Shown here: piece after piece, positions 38,701-51,900 of the stretch
Position numbering within the stretch: the stretch's first letter is position 1
How the letters are laid out: each line of letters starts with the position of its first letter
Source of the DNA: Haliotis rufescens
Lineage: Eukaryota
Direction: 5' to 3'
Assembly: GCF_023055435.1 (NCBI RefSeq)
Contig: NW_025963791.1
Location: 41,726,001-41,790,000 of the forward strand
DNA: 64,000 nt
The notes under the pieces: generated by a model
What the model was told of the DNA's origin: nothing
Database searches by the model: none
Seen by the model: the letters and a program-made list of their open reading frames with translations, nothing else
Translations under genes and position numbers: made by a program

Positions 38701-41700
38701 GTGATTGTAGAAAACGGTTAACTATCAAATTTTAGTTAACTAGACTGTACAGTCGACCGATAATATCATGTATTGTTGTATTGTTTGTTGTTTCACGCCG
38801 CACTCAGCAATATTCCAGCTACATGACGGCGGTCTGTAAATAATCGAGTCTGGAACAGACAATCCAGTGACTGACATCATGAGCATCGATCCACGCAATT
38901 TGGATACGATGACATGCATCAGCCAAGTCAGCGACCCTGACCACCTGATCCCGTTAGTCGCCCCCTTACGACAAGCATGGGTTGTTGAAGACCTATTCTA
39001 TCCCGGATCTTCACGGCAAGCATGGGTTGCTGAAGACCTATTCTACCCCGGATCTTCACGGCAAGCATGGGTTGCTGAAGACCTATTCTACCTCGGATCT
39101 TCACGGCAAGCATGGGTTGATGAAGACCTATTCTACCTCGGATCTTCACGGCAAGCATGGGTTGCTGAAGACCTATTCTACCCCGGATCTTCACGGCAAG
39201 CATGGGTTGCTGAAGACCTATTCTACCCCGGATCTTTACGGGTCGATAATATCAACTGTGTGTGGAAATGGTTTAGTTACAATTGAATACATCTGAATAT
39301 ACCCATTCACAATCTACGTACTCTGAGAGCAAGGTTTAAATGTTTCGGAATACAACCGAGGACAAAGTTCTCGGAATATTCTGTCGGGTGGCCAGTGCAC
39401 ACAGTCCCAGAATCAACTGACACTGTCTTTAGGGTCGTGATCTTTTACATCAGACCCTCCTGGAACATTAAGAGTGAGTGAGTATGGTTTTACGCCGCTC
39501 TTAGCAATATTCCAGCAATATCAGGGCGGGGACACCAGAAATGGGCTTCACACATTGTACCCATGTCGGGAATCAAACCCGGGGCTTCGGCGTGACGAGC
39601 GAACGCTTTAACCACTAGGCTACCCGACCGCCCCTGGAACATTAAGAGCAACACACACAGTAATGTCTTCATCCATGTCACCGGCACAACGCGCACCTCC
39701 CACTTGCCGTTTTAGGTGTATAGAATATGTGATTTTTGTCTTTTTTTTGTATTAAGTCCCAAATTCTATTTACAGATGTACTTATTTTACGGCTCACTTT
39801 TCCTGTCGAGTGGCCTCCCTTTGCCAAGGAAAGATGGCGACCTTTGGGCACTTGTTCACGAAGAGTCACCGAAGAACAATGAATGGCTGTTTTCGTTCGA
39901 GAGCACCATGGAGCTGTTCAACTACACTGCAACCTTTCAGCGAGGGTCAGACTACCCCTTCCCCACCCACTGGCTCACAAACCTAGATGCATTGCTGAGT
40001 AAGGAATATTTAGTCCCGACTCACAAGAAGAACCTGCTGAGAACAGAGGGTGGTCTCGCTCCCATCATATTTGTCCACAGCGACTGCCACACGCCGTCCA
40101 ACAGGGAGCAGTACATCAAGTTGCTACAGAAATACGTCGATGTCGACTCCTACGGCTCCTGTCTCCATAACAAGGACTTCCCAGAGGAGTAAGTATTTAT
40201 TATATACTTCAGTGCGAAAACCTGTTTTCCGAAGTTGAGAAAAGTGATATTTTCATTGTTGTGAACATAACAATTGATATTTTAATGCAGTGAACATAAG
40301 ACTTGATATTTCACTGCTGTGAACATAACATTTTGACGGAACTATTGTCATACAAGAGTGACCTCCCCGCAAATTGTCTCCCTTTATCGTAACAATAACT
40401 TCCTTTTTATGTTAGTTCCACATTGACAAGGCGAAATAATGACAGATGGTCATGTATTGTGTTTCGTGGGGTTTGTTATTCTCTTCAAAATGTTCCGTTA
40501 TAAACTGTAAATGTCTCACTTAACTCGTCAACCGAGACCGTTCGTTTGGCGAAGCGCCATATATTTGTTATTTGACCAGCGTGAATTCTTTCGCTTCAGA
40601 TGACGGTCTCGAAGTTTTCAAGAATATTTTTTGTTAAAGTTGATTTTTTATTTAATCATATCTATATGTATGATACAGAATTTTCGCGACCCTAAATATT
40701 TTTTTGCTACTTTTGTTTATATTTTTTATGATTTTGCAAACAAGAAACTACCAAATACAAGGGGTGGTGACCCGTCCCTGTGTGTTTGGGAGGGAGAATT
40801 TATGTTTCAAGGTTTTACATTTGTAATGAAATAATTTAATTTTCCTATAGACAACAACACAAAAAGTGTGTAATAAATAGGATATTCCTTGTGTCTCGTG
40901 AAATATCATGTTTCTCTCATGTCGTGACGGGAGAACAGGAGATATTTTCACGCGTTTATTATTCTCTTGCAAATATTTCGTTATAAACTGTAAATTTCTC
41001 ATTTAACTCATCAACCGAGACTGTTCGTTTCGTTAAGCCCTTCTCTGGTGCCCCCCGCCGTGATGTTGCTGGAATGTTGCTAAAAGCGTCGTTAAACCAT
41101 ATTCACTCACTTTAAAAGCATTTATTCTTGAATTGGGCAGAAATTCTGCAGCCTCAGTATTTTGTAATTGGATCTCCTGATCCCCGTTCACTGCAAATGA
41201 AATGCACACATATTGTGCTGGTCAGTTGAAGAGAAGTAGCATAAAGTAATGTTGTTATAGAACAACTGTCTGCCATCCAACAGGGTCAGGACGAGAGCGT
41301 GTTGGTACGAGACTACGACCCTTGACCAACACAGAATTCAGTTGTTATGGATGAAATGAAACAATTATTATGCTACTGCCAGGGTCGTATTTTGTAGGTA
41401 TATGGAGATCCGCATATAGGCTAGGTGACTAACACCTCAGCGTGTATGTATATGAAACCGACAAGAAATGCATGAAAACTTGCATTAGGCCTACACACAT
41501 TGACTGTGTTCTTCGGAATAGCTTCTCATTTGGAAATTATTGTACTGCTTTATGCTCTTTTAATATCAGGGGCGGTCGGGTAGCCTAGTGGTTAAAGCGT
41601 TCGCTCGTCACGCCGAAGACCCGGGTTCGATTCCCGACATGGGTACAATGTGTGAAGCTCATTTCTGGTGTCCCCCGCCGTGATATTGCTGGAATATTGC

Positions 41701-43641
41701 TAAAAGCGGCGTAAAACCATACTCACTCACTCACTCACTCTTTTAATATCCAACTTAACTGGTCTTATCTCTTGGAAAAGAAACGGTAGGCACCAACAGA
41801 AAGTGTTTGTCCCATCCTTTCAAAGATATACTGATTGAGTGAGTGAGTTGGGTTTAACGCAGCTTTAAAAAGTTTTTAAGTTATATCACAGCGTGTCATA
41901 TTAATGTGGGAGGTAGTCCCGACGTGAACCAGTTCTCAGGCGTTTACCACTTTGGTAAACACCATGAGCACGGGGTCCTTCCTATTGAAACGTAATCGTT
42001 GCGAACCTGGCATTGTTAAATGTTGTCCAGCAAGAGGTGTTTACAATTCTTACTCTGTTGGATAGGTAAAAATCAAAATTTACTCAGTGTTGAGGAAATA
42101 AGAAAATGGTTACTATTGTCGTTTCTCTTGTATAGGTTAAAGGATGTGGATGGTATGGGTGGTTATATGAAGGAAGACTTTTTCAAACTGATTGCCCGCT
42201 ACAAGTTTGCAATAGCTTTTGAGAACGCCATCTGTGACGACTACATCACAGAGAAGTTGTGGCGCCCTCTGCAGGTGGGAGCTGTCCCTATCGTGCTCGG
42301 CTCGCCGACAATCAGGGTGAGATTATTTGTGTTGGTGAAGACATTTTGGTCAGATTAAATTTCTTATGCTTTAACGTCCGCCCGGAGAGCGGAAGGTCCG
42401 GGGTTCGATCCCCGGCCACGTCATACAAAAAGACGTTAAAAGATTGTACTTGTTGTTACCCTGTCTGGCGCTCGACATTAAGGGGCTAAAACAAGGACTG
42501 GTCGGCTCGGAGTCAGTATACTGTGTCTGAGTGGGGTATTCATGTTAAACTGCGGCATGGTATCTCAGTGAGCTAGCACTATAAATCGGCATCAGTCCGG
42601 ACTAGTACAAGCAGCAACAAACACACACATACACGTGCATGCACGTCGCTATATAAGTGCAATAATCTTGGACGCGACGTTAAACCCAATTTCACCTCAC
42701 CTCTTATGCTTTACCAATACGTTGCTGCAGGGTACACACGTTTAGTGATACAACTACACAGGTCGTTATTACCGTTTAGGACCACCTCTGTGGTCAAGTG
42801 GATGAATTAAGTCACACATTAGATAAAAGGTAGTATATATGACGTATATATTTATGTAAGTCGGAATATATGTCGAATTTTGGGTCGGAATAAGTACCCA
42901 GTAGCTCTGTCGTAAGGGACATTTAAAATGGAGGTCGGGAGGTCAGAATCTGTGATTGGGCAAAGTGGGTGTCATGGATGGTGTTATCGATGTGATGTGA
43001 AGAACAGTGTTGACTGCGACATCAAACAACATTCGCTCAGTAGGATCAGTACTTCTGTTGATAGTACTTCTGTAAAATTAATGAAAATTGGGATTTAATG
43101 TTCAATGTATTTGCAGGACTTTTTGCCGTCCAACAAGTCAGCGATTCTCGTGGAAGACTTCGCCAGTGTTGCAGAATTGGCCGAGTTCATCAAACACCTT
43201 GACCGGAACGACGAACAATATGAGTCATATCGCCAGTTCAAACATACGGGTATTTCAAACCCAACCCTGAAGTCAGAAGTAAGCCGACTGCCTCATGCCC
43301 AGTTTGCTGGCGAGACTTTCGTCAAGGCTGTTATAGGATACGAGTGTTTTATCTGCGACAAGCTGCACAAGGCACTTGATGCCACAAGGTCCGGAGGACC
43401 CCTGCCGAAGGCACAATCCAATCAGAAACATCTTGATTGTCCTTTACCTTCCGTAAAGTATGACGAAAACGGTAAAACTGTCCATGACCCTCTTCGTGAT
43501 CGCGAGGTGGCCTTCTACAAGACGAATGCGGAGGTGTTCCGCCAGTCCTATGAAGTGGGTGAAAACATCACAGCTCACGACCTCTATCTAGCAACCACTC
43601 AGAGATGGAAAGACGCAGATGTACATAAGGACGAATTATGA
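35706..43641 (+). CDS. FUT10: GT10-family fucosyltransferase, FUT10/FUT11-like, 448 aa, N-terminal hydrophobic leader and C-terminal KDEL
   Basis: Exons 35706-35718, 36560-36610, 37971-38134, 39776-40188, 42136-42316, 43117-43641, all phase-consistent. Motifs [71 protein letters not shown]; ends HKDEL*. FUT10 versus FUT11 not resolvable by eye. Confidence 0.9.
36560..36610 (+). CDS. FUT10/11-like exon 2 (hydrophobic leader)
   Basis: [17 protein letters not shown]; tttcag/gtaagt. Confidence 0.75.
37971..38134 (+). CDS. FUT10/11-like exon 3
   Basis: LPVVTWW...[15 protein letters not shown]. Confidence 0.85.
38972..39243 (-). repeat. Six tandem copies of the 45-bp head of SINE family C
   Basis: GCAAGCATGGGTTGCTGAAGACCTATTCTACCCCGGATCTTCACG repeated. 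Confidence 0.93.
39776..40188 (+). CDS. FUT10/11-like exon 4
   Basis: YLFYGS...HEESPKNN...[11 protein letters not shown]. Confidence 0.93.
42136..42316 (+). CDS. FUT10/11-like exon 5
   Basis: alpha-1,3-FucT motif [21 protein letters not shown]. Confidence 0.95.
42375..42703 (+). mobile_element. tRNA-derived SINE family D (Meta-domain-like core, (ACCTC)n tail)
   Basis: B box GGTTCGATCCC then GTCATACAAAAGACGTTAAAAGATTGTAC...TGGCGCTCGACATTAAGG; related copies ~37575-37890(-), 11545-11790(-), 575-760(-), 58943-59556(-, interrupted). Confidence 0.75.
43117..43641 (+). CDS. FUT10/11-like exon 6 (terminal, KDEL)
   Basis: [10 protein letters not shown]...FICDK...HLDCPLP...HKDEL*. Confidence 0.92.
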   Translation, partial: DFLPSNKSAILVEDFASVAELAEFIKHLDRNDEQYESYRQFKHTGISNPTLKSEVSRLPHAQFAGETFVKAVIGYECFICDKLHKALDATRSGGPLPKAQSNQKHLDCPLPSVKYDENGKTVHDPLRDREVAFYKTNAEVFRQSYEVGENITAHDLYLATTQRWKDADVHKDEL

Positions 43642-46622
43642 TGCAAGTTTTTGTATAATAGGGAATTGTTTTTGTATTAGGGTCATCTTAGGGCTCTTCT
43701 GGTGTTGGGGGCACGGGTGTCCCAGTCGTCTAAGGCGCCGCCATTCGCTGTGCAGAGTTGCGTCCCTTGGGCTCGCCAGAAACCTATGATTGTGGGTTCG
43801 AATCCCGGTTCGCTCCGATATGTTTCTAGGTTTGTCAGCACCATACCCGTGCTCATGGGTTTCACCGAAGAGACCTGCATCACTTCGGGCTTTCTTCCCA
43901 CATTAAGCTGACTCGCCGCGATATAACTGGAATACTGTTAAAGGCGGTGTTAAACCCACTCTTCTGGTGTTTTTTCTTGTATTAAATGGTGACCCGACAT
44001 TCAAGGAACAGTTGTTATGTAAGGACAAGATTGCAGTGATGGTGCTAGACGTTTACCACTAACGTGAATCATACCAACACGGGTATGGAGCTGACAAACC
44101 AAGAAACACAATCAGGGCGGTTATGGAATTCGAACCCACGTTCAAATTTTGTGACGAATCCAGGTACCTTAGACGGCTAGGCCACTCGCGCCCCGTGTTC
44201 CTTCGAAGACACAACTAAGGAATGACATAATAGTTTGCGTTCGACGAATGTTTTCACAACATAACTTACGAGCCACGTCTTCAGAAAGAATGGAAAGATA
44301 GGGGCTCGCTTAGATGAATGAAAAGGGATACTAGTGTTCGGCAACGTGAAGTTGGGGTATGTAGTTTGTTAAACATGTCAGATCATATCTAGTTATGAAG
44401 GGACTGACATGAACTTTGCCTGTCCTTTTAAGAGTGAGTAAGTGAGTTGGGTTTAACGCCGCTTTTAACAGTATTCCAGTTATATCGCGGCGTGTCAGCT
44501 TAATGTGGGAGGAAAGCCCGAAGTGATGCAGGTCTCAGACGTTTACCACTTCGGTGAAACCCATGAGCACGGGTATGGTGCTGACAAACCTAGAAACATA
44601 ATCGGGGCGAACCGGGGCTCGAACCCACAATCATAGGTTTCTGGCGTGTCCAAGGGACGCAACTCTGCACAGCGAATGGCGGCGCCTTAGACGACTGGGC
44701 CACCTGTGCCCCCTGTGCTTTTAAGACACGAGAACTACTTCCTTGCCACACTGTGTTGGTTTCACTATGTCACCATGGGACAGAACATTTAATTCTTAAG
44801 TTTATTTTGATTGCCGGAACATGTTCAACTTCATGTCATCTTGATTATCACAACTTGTGTATTCCCTTCACAAACGCCTAGTCTTTACACACTGTACATG
44901 AGGGTAATGCTACAGTAAAAGGGAGCAAAGTTGTTGGAAGTCATAGCTGGAAATAACGTATTATGTCCATACTAAACGTTTTCAAAACACACAAACCCGC
45001 GGAAGTTGTAACTGTGATAGGAGAAAGCATATCTCTTGTGTAGAAACGGGTTTGTAATAGAATGAAGTGTTGTGGCAGCTGGACTCTGAGTTCTTATTGT
45101 ACCAAAATTGCATTAACAGCAGCACATTCCTCAGATTCACCATACTGTAGTCTGTATCTATAAAACTGAACATGTGTGAGGGCAATAGTGGGAAAGAGAA
45201 TTGGGAAAGTTCGTCACTTAAACTAAGCTGAAACTCTTTAGACAGCACTGGAGGGAGGGGTGGGGGTCGTTAATGTGACTAATTGATTTTTCACCGCCCT
45301 GTCTGACGTACATTTTCATGAACAATTGTTCAGTGATACTTACCACTACATATGAAATGGATAATATAAGTGTATTTTGTTAATTGGACTTTGACAAATC
45401 GTCAGACCCCACCTTCCTGTGTGCAGACATACTTTGGCGCAAGGAGATCTGCGTCGAGTGTCTGTGAGATGCATGATTGCTGTACGTGAATACAAGCGTT
45501 GGTGTTTAACAGATTAATCACAACAGAGGCAAAAAATCCAGACACACTCCTTGGCTGCTTGTGTTGCTGTTGAGCTACTGAAGTGAATAAACCCGTGAGG
45601 ATCCGGGGTAAAATAGGTCTTCAGCAACCCATGCTTGCCGTAAGAGGCGACTAACGGGATCTGGTGGTCAGACATGCTGACTTGGTTGATGCATGTCATC
45701 GTATCCCAATTGCGTAGATCGATGCTCATATCAATCACTGGATCGTCTGTTCCTGACCAGATTATTTGCAAACCGCCGCAATATAGCTGGAGTATTGCTG
45801 AGTGCGGCGTTAAACAACATGCTAAGCATGTATCATTACATACAGGCTAATGACCGATAAGTAAGATGGCGTGTGATTTGAGAAAGTGTGTGTGTGTGTG
45901 TGTGCGTGTGTGTGTGTGTGTGTGCGTGTGTGCGTGCGTGCGTGTGCGCATTCATATTCATATTTTCTGTAGCCAACTGACATCATGACATATTAAACTT
46001 AGTCATATTATATTGTTACTGTCTTTGTTTTTTATTTATAACATATCAATAAGACATAATTATTACGATAATTGAAATCACGATATCTTACTTTTCAGCA
46101 TGATGACTGGGCTCCCCTTACCTAAATGAGTAGACAGGTAGCCGGATTTTTTTTATCGAAGGCTGCGATTGGACGACACTAAACATAGCATTCTTTCATC
46201 CTTTGTCTGGGGCGGTCGGGTAGCCTAGTGGTTAAAGCGTTCGCTCGTCACGCCGAAGACCCGGGTTCGATTCCCGACATGGGTACAATGTGTGAAGCCC
46301 ATTTCGCTGCAGAGACTAGATGCGAACTGCAGAGGTTCTCTAGTTCTTCCATGCCCCAGCTCGCTATGCAGAGTTATGTCCCTTAGTTGGGACAACTGTC
46401 TATTTGTATCGCAGCTGGGGCCTTCAGCGGGTAGACATGGGTAGGCGTTGACGACCAAGACGAACTTCACTCCACAGTTGGAAAACACAAGTTAAAGGAC
46501 AGATATCACATGTACCCGTTTTGTTCTCAGCGATCTGTTCATTCACGTTGCCTTGCAGCTCCGCGTTGTGTCCGAGGAGTCATATTCCAAATAATGTTTT
46601 CCTTTGACTCTAATACATTTCA

Positions 46623-46905
46623 GGGGGCACGGGTGGCCCAGTCGTCTAAGGCGCCGCGATTCGCTGTGCAGAGTTGCGTCCCTTGGGCACGCCAGAAACC
46701 TATGATTGTGGGTTCGAATCCCGGTTCGCCCCGATTATGTTTCTAGGTTTGTCAGCACCATACCCGTGCTCATGGGTTTCACCGAAGTGGTAAACATCTG
46801 AGACCTGCATCACTTCGGGCTTTACTCCCACATTAAGCTGACACGCCGCGATATAACTGGAATACTGTTAAAAGCGACGTTAAACCCAACTCACTCACTC
46901 ACTCA
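46623..46905 (+). mobile_element. tRNA-derived SINE family B (~285 bp, V-domain-like core, (ACTC)n tail)
   Basis: A box TGGCCCAGTCG, B box GGTTCGAATCC, core TTTCCTCCCACA-like. Other copies ~9757-10040(-), 29968-30225(+), 31674-31955(+), 43706-43960(+), 44432-44713(-), 53816-54110(+); partials 14595-14760, 34660-34860, 52905-53070. Confidence 0.9.
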
Positions 46906-47479
46906 CAAATGTATTTCAGGAAAAACGGCATAGATGTGCTATTATCAGCGAGTTAAGCTATAGTTTTAGCATGCAGTTCCGGTATAATCAATGCCACTTA
47001 CACTGATGCCTATTGACATGATAGGGACATATAGCTAAACCCTGTGTGTTCAAGGGTACCACAGTAACAGTGCATGTTCCATGCGCTGAAAAGACCGCCT
47101 CCGTGGAGAGCGGAAGGTGGGGGTTCGATCCCCGTCGCTATATAAGTGCAATAATCTTGAACGCAACGGTAAACCCCACTTCTACAACCGGAATGTTTCA
47201 GGCACTATGTTTAGTTTTTTTCTTGATATGTGTTTCGGGGCGGTCGGGTAGCCCAGTTGTTAAAGCGTTCGCTCGTCACGCAGAAGACCCGGGTTCGATT
47301 CCCGACATGGGTACAATATGTGAAGCATATTTCTGGTATCCCTCGCCGTGATATTGCTCTAACTGTAAACTCCAAGTGAACACTGAGAAAACAAAAGTGT
47401 TAGTTTTTAAAAAGGGAAATAAACTATCAAGTAGGGAAAAATGGTTCTTCAACTCACAACCGTTACAAATTGTCACTTC

Positions 47480-48500
47480 TTAAATAAATATCTGGGGGTA
47501 ACCTTCACAGGCTGATTATCGTGGAATTACCACACCAGTAATGCAGCAATGCAGGCAAAAAAGATACTAATGGGAATCTTACATAAATATAGTTTAAAAA
47601 CTGTCACTGATCTTTCATATCAAACCTTCTTTAAAATATTTGATACAAAAATTACTCCAATTCTTTTATATGGAGCAGAGGTCTGGGGGCATACTGAATA
47701 CAGAACTATTGAACTGGTCCATCTATATGCCTGTAAACGATTCCGTGGCGTAAAAAACTCTACATCGAGTGTTATGGTATATGGGGAATGTGGACGTGTA
47801 CCACTTTACATATTCAACATCTTAGAATTCTCAAGTATTGGTTCAAGATTCTTAAAATGCCTATTGATAGATTACCTAAAAATGTTATGATACGATATTA
47901 TTGTATGAAAAACATGGAATCCGCAATTGGGTATATGATGTAAAGTCGTTATTAAATGATTGCGGCTATGGGTATGTTTGGCATAACCAATGTGTACCAA
48001 ACAATCCAGATTCGTTTTTAGTATCTTTATGCCAAAGACTTAAGGATATATACTTACAAAAGTGGGCATCGCATGTTTTAAGTTCAGAAAAACGCAATTA
48101 TTACAAGCTTTTCAAGACAACAATTTCCCTAGAATACTCTTTGTTTGACATCAACTTTAAAAGGTTCAGAATAAGTTTAGCACAACTTAGATGCAGCTCT
48201 CATAGACTTAGGATCGAAGTAGGCAGGCATAGAAACAAACCAGAGAATTGAGAATATGTGAGAAATGTGGTTTAAATGTGATTGAATATGAGTATCATTT
48301 TCTGTTAGTTTGTCCAAAATACGACCACCTTAGAAGACAATATATTGATCTGCCTAGTTATGTACATCCCACTCTACAAACATTTACAACGATCATGTCA
48401 ACAACTGATAAAGATACTCTAAAAAATCTATCAATGTTCATTTATCATGCTATGTTAATTAGAATATGACCTGTTAAACGGATCTGTAACCACTCCCGAA
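47480..48500 (+). mobile_element. 5'-truncated, decayed non-LTR retrotransposon (RTEX-like) C-terminal ORF2
   Basis: PILLYGAEVWG, VYGECGRVPL, QLRCSSHRLRIEVGRH, RICEKC..IEYEYHFLLVCPKY (CCHC-type knuckle); frameshifts and stops. Confidence 0.8.
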
Positions 48501-48923
48501 AACAGAATTGTACTATGGGCCTGAAGCCTTTCAGTATGGAACAAAAACGTATCCTTTCCTATTGCTGGAATATTGCTAAAAGCGGCGTAAAAAAACATAC
48601 TCACTGACTCACTCATACGTGTTTCATTGTCAATGCGTCGGTTGGCTGAAACAATCACGGCTTTTTAGAACATTTTGTTACCTTGCTATCTAGAAATGCA
48701 ATCCTTAAATGCAAGCGTTTACAATTCAGGGAAAACTGTATTGAACTATTTTACCGCGCCACACGTGTCCCCTTTAAACGGAAATCATATTTCGTTTCAC
48801 ATGTGCAGTCCTTCTTTTCAATTATACCTAAAATGAGCTTCCTTGTTGCAAAGCCGCATGTCTCAGCGTGTTCACTGACATACAACGTAGTTTAGACACA
48901 CATACCGGGCCCCACACACTGTG

Positions 48924-51900
48924 ATGTCTAAACGTCATACCAAGGGCCCGTCAGCCCAGGCTAGAGCTAGTAGCAGAACTAGCTTGAGAGTATTGCTAGA
49001 TATGGATCAAGTGTTAGCCGACTTCGAAGGACATTTTCTCAACACCTACAAACAACAGCATCCAGACTTGCCGTACATAGAGAAGGAGGACAGAAATACC
49101 TTCTACATAACTGAACAATACGCCACTCTGGGTCCAGACCTGCCCGTAGGTATATCACATCGACCGGAATAGCACAGCCTGCTTATTTGACTATCAATAA
49201 TAATGTCATAGTTCACTGTCTTTGAATGGATATCTAGTGGGGCGGTTAAGGCTGGATATTTTGTCACAATTGTTCACTTTGGGTTAAGGCATCAAACTTG
49301 GCACACTTAGTATACACATTCGTGACCAAATCGTGTTATTCCGGGACAAGTCGAATAGCGATTCGTGCCTCTCTCATGGCCACTTTAGCTACCGGGTTTT
49401 GTCTTAGCGCAAACAAGTGTCAACTCGTTGCGTAATGGTTCACATATATTTTCCCATATATTATATATATTTCAGATGCAATTTAAAGCACATCGGGGCG
49501 TGCGGAATTATACTGTATGATTGAACACATTTAACTTATCTTGGGTATATTTTCGGCAAAATATGATCCAGTCCAAAGACCCATCTTACCGCACCCCCAC
49601 CCCTACCCCACACTTATTTTCTTCTGTAATGCGAATATAAACCTGAATTGTGGAACCACCCGCTACCAGGAGTCCGGCTTACGGTCTTGGTGATTGTCAG
49701 TATGATACATAGAGGTTATCACGCGAGTGTGTTTGGGGATGGTAAATATCCTGCATTAGGAATAAACATTGTATTTAGCGAGCCTTGGCGAGCTAAATAC
49801 ATAGTGTTTATTCCTAATACAGGATATTTACCATCCCCAAAAACACAAGCGTGATAACCTCTTTATCATATAATGTCATGCTTTAATTCTGCTTTAAAAT
49901 CGCTTTCCCTCTCTCGCAAACATTACCAAAACATTGCGAGTTTTCCTGGAATGCGCGCATTAATATTTATTACGTCACAGGGTAAGTGATGTGTCAGTCG
50001 GACAGTGACAGTAGCCAATATAGTTCCAACTGAAATCTGTTTCTTATACAGTGGCGAAGCAACATATACGCAAAACAACAGTTGTTTTTAATTGCCTTTC
50101 GCGGCAATCCATCGGTCTGTCCGCTAGAGTAACTGCCCTTTGTCAAAGGGAAGCTACTCTAACCCTAGTCTATGAGACGTCACGGGCACGGTCAGACGTT
50201 GTTGACAGTCGGTCTGTCCTGTCATAACGTTAAGAAGTGTAGTCAGATGTACACACAGCGACAAAACCAAACAAGGTAACAATTCAAACATATTTCGGCT
50301 AAATCCAACTATTTTAATTTGTGGAGAAGGTTTCAAGTCGCAGAGGTCTACAAGCACAGATATTGCTACTGATCCCGCTTGGCTAGGCCTCGCGCCCTCG
50401 CAAAATTGTTTCGAAATTTATACCTCCAAAGTAGCCAAAACTTATAAAATGCCTTAGCTACGTCACAGTTAGACACTGATTTTCAGTATATTAGACTGTT
50501 CTTTTGATAATGATAGCAATTATCCCTGTTGTTTATCCAGATTCCCGATGGTTAATTCTGACTCGATCGCCGAATGACGAGGACGACGCCATGTTTGTTT
50601 ATAAACAGTGAAAGTAGTCCTACTTGACCTTTGATATTTGCATCTCTATCCGCATATGACCCCAACGGATATCGTTTTTATCCGTTGGCTTTATCCTGCC
50701 GAGAAACCTGCCCATTATATGATAAATAGTCTTATCAACATTAATTCTGGCACTATTTTCAGGTACAGATGCAAGACCAGATAATCCTTTTTAATTAATT
50801 GAAACTATGAGCCTGAATATTGTTTAAAAGAAAGACACATTGCAACAGTCTAATTTGTGTGGCAGACAATTTCTTCTTTTTTTCAACAACCTAAAGGGAA
50901 ATTTCTTTTTCAAGAACTTTCTGGGACAATGTAGGAACGAAATGTGTTAATATTTCAGAACAAGGTCGAGGACATCGGACACCTTCGATTCAAGTGGACT
51001 GATACTTTTATGTCATGGGTCCATTTAGAAATAACTGAATACAACACATCTTAATCAGGACAAAATATTCTTGTGCTCAAAAATATATTTCGCCACACCT
51101 TGGCAAGAAAATAGCATCGCCGGAATTATTCTCTCGCTCCAAATGCTGAGCAAGTTTATGATGTCAATGCTTATTGGAAAACACTTGATAACGTTAAAAA
51201 AGAGTATTTCCGAAGAAAAGAGTATTACAAGAAACAAGAGTGCAGTTTCAAATTGACAGTTTTTCGAAATCTCTTAAAGAAAGTGAAGGGCAGTTAGAAT
51301 GACAACATGTTCCTTAACAAAATATACTCTTACAAAAACAGGGGATACTCGGAAATAACTTAACATTTCCAAAATTGTAAAAAATATAAGTTTCTAGTAA
51401 TAGTTGTTTGATAATAATGAACGAATCGGGAACACGTTACAAACGGTAGTGAGTGAGTGAGTGAGTGAGTATGGTTTTACGCCGCTTTTAGCAATATTCC
51501 AGCAATATCACGGCGGGGAACACCAGGAATGGGCTTCACACAATGTACCCATGTCGGGAATCGAACCCGGGTCTTCGGCGTGACGAGCGAACGCTTTAAC
51601 CACTAGGCTACCCGACCGCCCCTACAAACGGCAGTGAAGTATGACAGTAGATGTTATGACCGCCAACGATGTTAAGGACGATAGGGGTAAGATGGGAAAT
51701 TTCAGAGTAGACGTTTTTGGATCATCAGTGCGTAATACGGCCATTATTTGTCAAACATTTATTCACTCGACGAGGCACACTGAGTATGAGCCTCCCAATG
51801 GCGATTTGAGTGTGTTCCACTCCGCCAAGTTCAGCCTGTGACGTTGACGTACACGTCTCCTTATGTCCAAGACGTGTTCAAAGGGGAACGTCTGGGCTCA

